Shown piece by piece: positions 53,961 through 61,979 of a stretch of DNA of 64,000 nucleotides (position 1 is the stretch's first letter; the number at the start of each line of letters is the position of its first letter). The notes under the pieces are model-generated. The model was not told the DNA's origin, did not search any database, and saw nothing but the letters and a program-made list of their open reading frames with translations. The DNA is from Planctomycetota bacterium (GTDB taxonomy: Bacteria; Planctomycetota; UBA1135; UBA2386): assembly GCA_965223545.1 (NCBI GenBank), contig OZ245006.1:4032001-4096000 (forward strand), in the 5' to 3' direction. Position numbers and translations under genes: made by a program.

Positions 53961-54791
53961 GTGAGCGCTGCCCGCACGCTGCGGTTCGTCAAGATGGAGG
54001 GCGCCGGCAACGACTACGTCTACGTCGACGGCGTCGTCCAGCCGTGGTTCATCGATCGGGCGCCGGCGTGGGCGCGCCGGTTGGCCGACCGCCACTTCGG
54101 CATCGGCGGTGACGGTTTGATCGTCCTCTCCGGCCAGCCGCCGCGCCTGCAGATGTCGATGTGGAACGCCGATGGCTCGCGCGGAGCGATGTGCGGCAAC
54201 GGCCTGCGCTGTCTCGCCAAGCTCGCGTTCGACGCCGGCCACGCGCGCGGCGAGGCGGTGGAGTTGACGACGGATGCCGGTGTGCGGCGGGTGACGCCGG
54301 TGCGCGATGCCGCGGGAGTCATCGTCGGCGCTCGTGCCGAGCTCGGCCGGGTGACCGTGGCGGAGGCCCCGGGCCAAACGGTGATCGACGGCACGGTGGT
54401 CGAGTACTGGAGCGCCGACGCCGGCAACCCGCACGCCGTCGTGTTCGTCGACGAGCCGCCGGCGCGCGTTCCGTTGGCGCGGTGGGGGGCGTGGTTTCAG
54501 GCGCTCCCCGAGTTCGAGGGCGGGGTCAACCTGGAAGTGGTCCAGGTCACCGCCGAGAGCGAGCTCAGGCAACGGACCTTCGAGCGCGGATCGGGGGAGA
54601 CGTTGGCCTGTGGCTCCGGCGCCGCCGCGGTGGCGGTCGCCGCCTGCCGCGCGGGCCACGTCGATCACTTGCCGGCGCGCGTCGAGCTCGACGGTGGTTG
54701 CCTCGTGGTTCACCCCTCGCCGAGCGGGGTTGTGCTGGAGGGACCGGCTCGTACCGTGTTCACTGGCGAGATCGAAATGGGAGCGGACTGA
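53961..54791 (+). CDS. dapF: Diaminopimelate epimerase
   Basis: KMEGAGNDY, DRHFGIGGDG, MCGNGLRC, GNPHAV, ERGSGETLACGSG. Confidence 0.96.
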   Translation: MSAARTLRFVKMEGAGNDYVYVDGVVQPWFIDRAPAWARRLADRHFGIGGDGLIVLSGQPPRLQMSMWNADGSRGAMCGNGLRCLAKLAFDAGHARGEAVELTTDAGVRRVTPVRDAAGVIVGARAELGRVTVAEAPGQTVIDGTVVEYWSADAGNPHAVVFVDEPPARVPLARWGAWFQALPEFEGGVNLEVVQVTAESELRQRTFERGSGETLACGSGAAAVAVAACRAGHVDHLPARVELDGGCLVVHPSPSGVVLEGPARTVFTGEIEMGAD

Positions 54792-54839
54792 CCGTTCCGT
54801 GAGTTCGCCCCCGCAGTTCTTGTTTTCGCGGAGATCCCC

Positions 54840-55403
54840 ATGACCGGCTGGCTGATCGCTGGTGGCGTTGTTCTGTTGCTGATCATCATCGTCGCGTCGA
54901 TGTACAACGGGCTGGTCAAGCAACGCCAGCTGACGCAGAACGCCTGGAGCCAGATCGACGTGCAGCTCAAGCGGCGCTACGACCTGATCCCCAACCTGGT
55001 GGAGACGGCCAAGGGCTACATGGAGCACGAGCGCGAGACGCTGGAGGCGGTCACCAAGGCGCGGCAGATGGCGATCGACGCCAGCAAGGCCGATGACATC
55101 GCCGGCCAGATGAAGGCCGAGAACATGTTGACGTCGACGTTGCGCTCGCTCTTCGCGGTGAGCGAGAACTACCCCGACCTCAAGGCCAACGAGAACATGA
55201 TCCAGCTGCAGGAGGAGCTGACCTCGACCGAGAACCGGATCGGATTTGCTCGCCAGCACTACAACGACTCGGTGTCGACCTACAACACCAAGATCGAGTC
55301 GTTCCCGACCAACGTCATCGCCGGCATGTTCAGCTTCCGCATCGCCGAGTACTTCGAGATCGAGGATCCCCAGGAGCGCACCAACGTCAAGGTGGAGTTC
55401 TGA
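54840..55403 (+). CDS. lemA: LemA family protein
   Basis: N-terminal TM, AWSQIDVQLKRRYDLIPNLV, ENYPDLKAN, TENRIGFARQHYN. Confidence 0.95.
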   Translation: MTGWLIAGGVVLLLIIIVASMYNGLVKQRQLTQNAWSQIDVQLKRRYDLIPNLVETAKGYMEHERETLEAVTKARQMAIDASKADDIAGQMKAENMLTSTLRSLFAVSENYPDLKANENMIQLQEELTSTENRIGFARQHYNDSVSTYNTKIESFPTNVIAGMFSFRIAEYFEIEDPQERTNVKVEF

Positions 55404-55425
55404 ACGGCGGAATGCAGTGAGGTCG

Positions 55426-56532
55426 GTGAGCGCATCCGAGGATCGGGGACGACTGCGCGCAACCGTCGGGTTGCGCGTGCTGGGCGCCGCGACCTGCCTG
55501 CTCGTCGCCGGCGCGGCGGTGGGCCAGTCGCCGGAGGGCCAGCCGCCGGTGGGAGGGACGCCGGAGGGAGAATCGGCGACCGACCCGGTGCGCGCTTGGC
55601 TGACCGCCGAGCGGCCGAGCGAGGAGCTGCGCACGGCGGCGGCGGCGGCGGTGTTGGATGAGGGTGCGCCCGCCCTGCGGCGCCTGGAGCGGCGGTTGAG
55701 CGAGGTCGGACCCGCCGCCGCCGAGACTGCGGCGGAGCGCACCCATCGCCAGCGGCTGGAGTCGCTGGCGGTGGCGGTCTCGCTCGGTTTTCTGGAGCGC
55801 GCCATCGACAGTGAGATGGTGTATGCGGGCCAGTACGAACCGCTGCGGGCACTGGCGCCGTACTCGGGCCGGCTGTTCCTCAACCTGCTGCTGCAGACTC
55901 CGGATTGGTTTCCCGACAACCGCCGGCTGCAGCTCGTGCCGGCGCTGCGCGACCTGTTTCCCGAATCGCCGGGGTCGGTGCCGGTGGCGCGAATGCGCGA
56001 CCTGGCGGCCGATACTCGCACCGAGTCGTTCGCCCTGCGCTTGGTGCTGGGCTACGCGCTGGCCCAGTGGGGCGATCCGGAGTTGGCCGACCGGCGTCTC
56101 GCCGAGCTGGAGTCGGAGAAGGAGCGCGGCAGGGGGAGCGATCGGTTGGACGCGCTGCGTTCGATCGCCGACTTCCACTACAACATGCGCGATTACCGCC
56201 GGGCGGCGCGCGCGCACCGCGCATTCCTCGAGGAGAGCGCGGACAGCGACTTCGGGTTGGTGCCGGCGGACTACTACAACGCCGCGTGTTGCCTCAACTT
56301 GGCCGGCGACCTACCCGCCGCCATCGAGATGATGGACCGTTGTTTCGATCTGCAGACCTCGCCGCACGTGGACCAGTCGGTGAAGCTGGCTCGCAAGCTG
56401 TTCGAGAACGACCCGGAGATCGCACCGCTGCGCGCGACTCCGCGCTTCCAGCGCCAGCTGGAGCAGGCGTTCGGGGCGGCCGACGACGGCAAGGCAGGCG
56501 AGGGCGGGGGCAAGGGCGTGGAACGAACGTAG
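55426..56532 (+). CDS. Exported helical/TPR-like protein
   Basis: Signal-like LLVAGAAVGQ; YYNAACC...FENDPEIAPLR TPR-end motif; start approximate. Confidence 0.7.
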   Translation: MSASEDRGRLRATVGLRVLGAATCLLVAGAAVGQSPEGQPPVGGTPEGESATDPVRAWLTAERPSEELRTAAAAAVLDEGAPALRRLERRLSEVGPAAAETAAERTHRQRLESLAVAVSLGFLERAIDSEMVYAGQYEPLRALAPYSGRLFLNLLLQTPDWFPDNRRLQLVPALRDLFPESPGSVPVARMRDLAADTRTESFALRLVLGYALAQWGDPELADRRLAELESEKERGRGSDRLDALRSIADFHYNMRDYRRAARAHRAFLEESADSDFGLVPADYYNAACCLNLAGDLPAAIEMMDRCFDLQTSPHVDQSVKLARKLFENDPEIAPLRATPRFQRQLEQAFGAADDGKAGEGGGKGVERT

Positions 56533-56535
56533 ACC

Positions 56536-58284
56536 GTGGGGCTGCCGCTCCCACTCCTCGCCGGGCTCGGCGTCTTGGTGCTGGCCGAGCAATGGGACCG
56601 GACTCTGCCGGGTGAGGCGTCCTGGTGGCGCCTCGCGTTGACCTCGGTCGTGGTGTTGCTGCCGTTCTTGATTGCGCGGCACACGGCGGCGGTGCTGCGG
56701 CGATCCTTGGCCCGCGGTGCGCGCGTGCCGCGCTGGTTGGCGGTCGTGCTGCGCCTGCAATGGTTGGCGGTGCCGGCGAGCTACGCGGTGCTGGTGATGC
56801 TGGGCGACCTGCCGCAGCTCGCGGTGCGCGTGGCACCCGAGAGCTTCACCGGCCTCATGCTGTGGTTGGGCCTGCCCCTGGTGGCGATGGACTTCGGCCT
56901 GCGCCGCGGCGAGGCCCGCGGAGTGCGCTGGTTGGAGCTGGCCGGCCGCTCCGCGCCGGCGGGCTACGGTCCCGACCGGCTGCGGATGACGGCGTTCTTG
57001 GCGACCCCGTTTCTCCTGCTGGCGATCCTGGCCGACGTGGCGGTGCTCGATCGGCGCGCCGAGGTGCTGCTGTTGGAGACCTCCATCGGTGGCTCGCTGG
57101 GCCTGCTGATCACCGGCGTCGGTTTGTGTTTCGCCCTGCCGCTGATCTTTCGCGTGCTGTTGCCGGTGTCGCGCGCACTGCCGCCGCGGCTGGCGCCCGA
57201 GCTCTACGCGACCGCCGAGCGGCTGGGCTTCTCGCGCCGCTGCTTGCTGTCGCTGAACACCGATCACCGCATGGTCAACGCGGCGCTGGTCGGCCCGTTT
57301 CGCTGGCCGCGCTACCTGGTGCTCACCGACGGCCTGTTGTCGCTGCTGGACCCTTTGGCTCTGCGGGGCGTGGTCGCGCACGAAGTCGGCCACGCCAAGG
57401 CCAACCACCCCGGTTGGCTGGTGCTGGTGTTCGCCTGCTTGCCGGTACTGCTCTACCACCCGGTGCTGATGGTCGACATCGAGGAGTGGCCGCAGTCGAC
57501 GACGATCGGGCTCGCGGTGGCGGGCGTGGTGATCGGCTGGCTCGCGCTGCGCGCCATGGCGCACCGCTTCGAGTACGAGGCCGACCAGCTGTCGGCCGAG
57601 GCACTCGGCGGCGCCGAAGCCTGCATCTCCGCCCTCCGGCGCGTCGGCGCAATGACGGGGACCGATCGGCGGCGCTCTTCGTTCCGGCATCCTTCCGAAG
57701 CGCGGCGCATCCGCAACCTGCTGCGCTGCGAGTCCGACACCGGCTTTCGCCAGCGGTTCTGGCGACGCGGCCGCCTCATGCGCGGCACCATCGCCCTCGT
57801 CGCGGTCATCTCGCTGGGCTTCTTCGGCTGGGCTCAGATGCGGCTGTGGTCGGGCGATCAGGCCCGCTACTTGTTCTACACCGGCCGTTTGACCGAGGCC
57901 CGGGCGCTGCTGGCCGCCGAGGTCGACGACGCGCCCGCCACGCAGCAGGTGTGGCTGCGCGACCTGTCGGCCGAGATCGACCGGATCGAGGAGTTGGGCG
58001 TCGAGCGCTCGCCCTGGCGGACCATGCGCGAGCAGATCGCCGCGCGGGCGGCGCCGCGGGCGCTGCGGGAGCTCGAGAACGGGCTCGAAACCGCCGCCCC
58101 GTGGGTAGGGCTGATGCTCTACAGCCCGGACGCCGCCGCCTGGCAACAGGCCTTGTATCTCTACTGCCGCGCCGCCGAGGACGAAGACGCCGACGAGAAG
58201 CGACGCATCGCGGAGCACTTGCGGGGCCTCGACCCGGCGCCGCCGGCGGCGGTGCTCGCGGTGCTACCCGCGGCCGGCAGTTGA
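56536..58284 (+). CDS. M48 family membrane metalloprotease
   Basis: Multi-TM; VNAALVG, LTDGLL, AHEVGH, FEYEAD, HPS. Confidence 0.88.
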   Translation: MGLPLPLLAGLGVLVLAEQWDRTLPGEASWWRLALTSVVVLLPFLIARHTAAVLRRSLARGARVPRWLAVVLRLQWLAVPASYAVLVMLGDLPQLAVRVAPESFTGLMLWLGLPLVAMDFGLRRGEARGVRWLELAGRSAPAGYGPDRLRMTAFLATPFLLLAILADVAVLDRRAEVLLLETSIGGSLGLLITGVGLCFALPLIFRVLLPVSRALPPRLAPELYATAERLGFSRRCLLSLNTDHRMVNAALVGPFRWPRYLVLTDGLLSLLDPLALRGVVAHEVGHAKANHPGWLVLVFACLPVLLYHPVLMVDIEEWPQSTTIGLAVAGVVIGWLALRAMAHRFEYEADQLSAEALGGAEACISALRRVGAMTGTDRRRSSFRHPSEARRIRNLLRCESDTGFRQRFWRRGRLMRGTIALVAVISLGFFGWAQMRLWSGDQARYLFYTGRLTEARALLAAEVDDAPATQQVWLRDLSAEIDRIEELGVERSPWRTMREQIAARAAPRALRELENGLETAAPWVGLMLYSPDAAAWQQALYLYCRAAEDEDADEKRRIAEHLRGLDPAPPAAVLAVLPAAGS

Positions 58285-58343
58285 CGAACGGTTTGGGTAA
58301 GCTCGGGATGCCATAGTGATCTCGACCCCTTGAAGTGTAGGCA

Positions 58344-59321
58344 ATGAGATGGCTCGCGCTCCCAACCCTATTGGCAGTTGCGCTTGTCGGAGGCTGGGCA
58401 TGGATCAACTCGGTGCGCGAGACCGCGAAGGATCTCGCCGTGCAGGATGAGAGTTCGCCTGAGGGTTCGGGTCTCCGCGACTTGCGCCAACTCGAAACGG
58501 AACTCGCTTCGAATCGGCAGGCCGTGAGCGCGCTCGCTGCAGAGGTCGACAATGCCGCGCCGACAGAAAATGCCGCACCGACAGACAACGCCGTTGCGCC
58601 GGCCACTGGTGGTACGCGCGGCTCGGAGATCGATCGCGATGCCGAATGGGAGTCTCTCGGTCGGGTCAAGTTCTCGATCCCGGATTACCTGGTGGCGCGG
58701 GCAGGATCGGTGGAGCCCGAGCTCCTCTTTCGCCATGTAGATCTGAACCCCAGAGACCTGTACATCACCCCCTCCGAGCGAGACGGGATCGCGTTGTTCG
58801 TGGCGAACTACCAGCAACGTCTCGAAGAGTGCGACAGGCTACGCAAGGTCATCGCCGACAAGGAGTTTGCGGCGCTGATCGCGGCAGGGACAGCGCTCGT
58901 CGAAAGCGCGGACGTCTTGTCCTACGACTCCTACGTGCAAACGCTTGATGCTCCGGCGGCAGAACGGCTAAAGGAGCGCCGAGATCGGATCAGCAAACTC
59001 GCCCAACAGCAGCGTGTGCAGGCATACGGGCCCAACCCTACTCCGCCTGTGAACGTAATCGCTCGCATCGAGGATCCACAAATCGCCTTTCCTGGTAGAA
59101 AACTGGCCAAGTGGGTCATTCGAGACGGAAGGGTGTTTGCAGCAGAGATGACACAAATGCCGCTGACGGCGAAAGCGCGTGGGATACGAGACCACGTCGT
59201 GATCGAGCAATCCGCCACGCTGCTCTCGTTCTTCGTGGCGCGGACGGCCCTATCCGAGACCAAGCGGGTGGGGTTCTTGTCGAAAGTCCGCGAGAGGCTT
59301 CGAGGCGAGGACTGTGAATAG
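58344..59321 (+). CDS. Hypothetical membrane-anchored protein, atypical codon usage
   Basis: 325-aa ORF, N-terminal hydrophobic helix, many A/T-ending codons. Confidence 0.65.
   Translation: MRWLALPTLLAVALVGGWAWINSVRETAKDLAVQDESSPEGSGLRDLRQLETELASNRQAVSALAAEVDNAAPTENAAPTDNAVAPATGGTRGSEIDRDAEWESLGRVKFSIPDYLVARAGSVEPELLFRHVDLNPRDLYITPSERDGIALFVANYQQRLEECDRLRKVIADKEFAALIAAGTALVESADVLSYDSYVQTLDAPAAERLKERRDRISKLAQQQRVQAYGPNPTPPVNVIARIEDPQIAFPGRKLAKWVIRDGRVFAAEMTQMPLTAKARGIRDHVVIEQSATLLSFFVARTALSETKRVGFLSKVRERLRGEDCE
58551..58601 (+). repeat. 18-bp coding tandem repeat
   Basis: AATGCCGCGCCGACAGAA / AATGCCGCACCGACAGAC / AACGCCGTTGCGCCG = NAAPTE NAAPTD NAVAP. Confidence 0.7.
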
Positions 59322-59639
59322 ATGGCCCGGAGCAAGAGGATCATGGCGAGCGTCCGACTGCACGTGATCACGGGCCTCGCTGCACTGGTGGCCTTTCTCG
59401 CTTCGTTTCAGTGCACCATCCTGCTCTGGGCTTGGTTCCATGATGACGTTCCGCCCCCACCGAGCTCCCTCGGGATCGTGATCGGTATCGGCTTGATGCT
59501 GGCGATGACGGCAGCGTTTGCTCGCGTGGCTCGCAGGCGACTCGCCAAACGGAGTGCGGCGACGCAGTGGCTTGCGATCGCGTTCTTGGCGATCGCCTTG
59601 TGGCTGATCGTGCCGCAGGGGTTCACGTACGCTCAGTAG
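59322..59639 (+). CDS. Small hypothetical 3-TM protein
   Basis: Starts immediately after the upstream stop; three hydrophobic helices. Confidence 0.55.
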   Translation: MARSKRIMASVRLHVITGLAALVAFLASFQCTILLWAWFHDDVPPPPSSLGIVIGIGLMLAMTAAFARVARRRLAKRSAATQWLAIAFLAIALWLIVPQGFTYAQ

Positions 59640-61876
59640 CGGTTGGCTTCGACGGCCCAGGTCATCTGCTTCTGCCAGACGACGTTGCCGTTGCGGTCGA
59701 ATTCGCGCACGGCGGTGTTCTCGGCGACCAGGGTGTTGCCGTTGGGGAGTCGGTCGGCGTCGGAGGGTGCGTTGAGGCCGTCGATGGCGAACACCTCGAC
59801 GCCGGCGGGGTCGACTTCGACCACGCGGCTGACGGTGCGCAGGGTGATGAGGGTGTTGCCGTTGGGCAATCGCTCCGCGTCGTGGGCGGAGGGTTTGCCG
59901 GTGACTTCCCAGACGATCTCTCCCTCGGGGCTGACTTCGATGACCCGGTCGCCGATGACATCGGCGATGAGGGTGTTGCCGTTGGCTAGGCGGTCGGCGT
60001 CGAACGGCCGGATGTTGCGGTCGTATTGCCAGACGATCTCGCCCTCCGCGTCGACTTCGATCACTCGGCCGCGAAAGGTGTCGGCGATGAGGGTGTTGCC
60101 GTTGGGCAGTCGGTCGGCGTCGTAGGGGTTGCGCAGCTCTTCGAACGACCACACGAGAGTGCCGTCGCGCCGGATCTCCTGCACGCGGCTCACCGAGAAC
60201 TCGGTGATCAGGAGGTTGCCGTTGTCCAGGCACTCGACGTCCCACGCGCCGTAGACATCCTCGATGGCAAACACCTCGCGGCCCGATTCGTCGACCTCGA
60301 GCACCAGGTTCTGTGAGTAGTCGGCGATCAGCGTGAAGCCCCACAGCGCGCCGCCGGCGACGCCGAGCTCGATCGCGGCGATGTCGGCGACGTCCAGCTG
60401 TGCCACGCCCAGCACGGGCACGACGACGGCGATGGAGGCCGCGTTCGCGTCGGCGACGTAGCCGAGGACCCGGTCGCCGGTCGCCATGTCGATGCGGGTG
60501 TACAGATTGTTGTCCGGCGGGGTCGTCGGCGGTCGGCGCAGCAAGATGCCGGCAATGTCGCCGATGGGCAGTCGTTGCTCCGCACCGTCCTCGCCAATGA
60601 CGGTGGCGTGGTTGCTGTCGAGCGCATCGAGGCGACCATCGACGATCGAGTCATCCCGCAGCCGCACGCGGTCGAACCGGTCGGAAGCGCCGATCAGGCG
60701 GTCGAGGCCGGGGTCCAAGGCGATTCCCTGAATGGTCGAGCGCGGGATCTGGACCGGACCGTAGAGCGTGCTGTCGAGCACCACGTGCTCGTCGTCGACG
60801 CTGCGCAGCACGCCGGTCGCCAAGCTGCCCTGCCCCAAGAAGACGCGGCTCGTTCCGAGCGGCTCGACCGGCGCCGTGTCGAACTGAATCGGACCGCAGT
60901 CGGCGTAGGCGAGCTCGAGCTGCGACAAGCCCGAGATCGGTGAGTCGACGACGACGGCATCCGCGGTGATGTCGCGCAGCGACGTGGTCAGCGACGACCG
61001 GTCGCTGAGGGTGATGAGCGCGGGCCTGGGCTCGTCACCGGCTTGCCCAGCGGTCAACGACGCCGCGGCCGCGACGATCGGATCGCCGTTGCCGGCCGCT
61101 GCGCGCAGCACCTCGCCGCTGTCGGTGCGCCCGTGCAGACCGCGGATCACGCCGACCTTCTCGGTCTGCGTCAGCTCATCGCCGGCCAGCATGCCGGCGC
61201 AGAGCTCGAGAGCTTCATCGCCCCGCATGCGCGCAATCGCCGCCAGCGCCGCCCGCCGGTGGGCGGGCTGGGCGAGCATCGGCTCCAGCGCGCGCGCGTG
61301 CACGCCCTGGCCGTGGACGCCGAGCGCGCGCACCGCCCTGTTGCGCACGATCGAATCGGTGTGGCCCAACGCCGACAGCAGGCCGCGCGTCAATCGCTCG
61401 TCGGACTGCATGTAGAGCGCGGTGAGCACCAGCCCGCGCAGGATGTCGGTCTGTCGCAGCTCGCGCTCGGTCCCGCGGTCATTGATCTCCTCGATGATCC
61501 GCGCGCAGCGGATGCGCTCCTCGAGCAGGGGCGCGATCTCCTGCCGTTGCCGCAGCATTTGCCCGGCGTGGCCGCCGATCTCGATCAGCGCGCGTTCGGC
61601 TTGCTCCCGCTTGGCCCAGCGCGGATCGGTGAGCTGCTCGAGCAGGCGCTCGACCTTCAGGAGATACTCCCGGTGGTCGCCGTGGATCATCCCGGCGATC
61701 GCATGGCCGGCATCGGCCTCGGCGGCGACCAGCGTGCTCACCTGGGTGAGGTGGCTGAGCAGGTCGGTCTCGAGGAAGCCCTGCGCCCGGTTGATCAGCT
61801 CCTCCTCGGTCCATTGCTGTGCACCGATGGAGTGGGTGCAGATCAACAAAACCGCGACGGCGCGTCCGAAGTTCAT
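59633..61876 (-). CDS. Exported HEAT-repeat plus beta-propeller protein
   Basis: Signal MNFGRAVAVLLICTHSIGAQ; LTDPRWAKREQAERAL, VRNRAVRALG; repeated DADRLPNGNTLIAD blades. Confidence 0.82.
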   Translation of the reverse strand: MNFGRAVAVLLICTHSIGAQQWTEEELINRAQGFLETDLLSHLTQVSTLVAAEADAGHAIAGMIHGDHREYLLKVERLLEQLTDPRWAKREQAERALIEIGGHAGQMLRQRQEIAPLLEERIRCARIIEEINDRGTERELRQTDILRGLVLTALYMQSDERLTRGLLSALGHTDSIVRNRAVRALGVHGQGVHARALEPMLAQPAHRRAALAAIARMRGDEALELCAGMLAGDELTQTEKVGVIRGLHGRTDSGEVLRAAAGNGDPIVAAAASLTAGQAGDEPRPALITLSDRSSLTTSLRDITADAVVVDSPISGLSQLELAYADCGPIQFDTAPVEPLGTSRVFLGQGSLATGVLRSVDDEHVVLDSTLYGPVQIPRSTIQGIALDPGLDRLIGASDRFDRVRLRDDSIVDGRLDALDSNHATVIGEDGAEQRLPIGDIAGILLRRPPTTPPDNNLYTRIDMATGDRVLGYVADANAASIAVVVPVLGVAQLDVADIAAIELGVAGGALWGFTLIADYSQNLVLEVDESGREVFAIEDVYGAWDVECLDNGNLLITEFSVSRVQEIRRDGTLVWSFEELRNPYDADRLPNGNTLIADTFRGRVIEVDAEGEIVWQYDRNIRPFDADRLANGNTLIADVIGDRVIEVSPEGEIVWEVTGKPSAHDAERLPNGNTLITLRTVSRVVEVDPAGVEVFAIDGLNAPSDADRLPNGNTLVAENTAVREFDRNGNVVWQKQMTWAVEANRY
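59701..60300 (-). repeat. 120-bp-period coding repeat (40-aa propeller blades)
   Basis: GGGTGTTGCCGTTGG starts at 59731, 59851, 59971, 60091; variant GGAGGTTGCCGTTG at 60211. Confidence 0.85.
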
Positions 61877-61979
61877 GGTTTCCTGGACTAGTGGCGTAGG
61901 TAGCTGTCGGGGACCATCGGCGCCGAACATAACGCGGAACGGGACTCGCCGGTTGCTGAACGACGCCGTAGATTTGACG

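Noticed and set aside
59701..60300. CRISPR array
   Set aside because: The 120-bp period lies inside a CDS, the intervening sequences are similar to one another, and no cas genes are present
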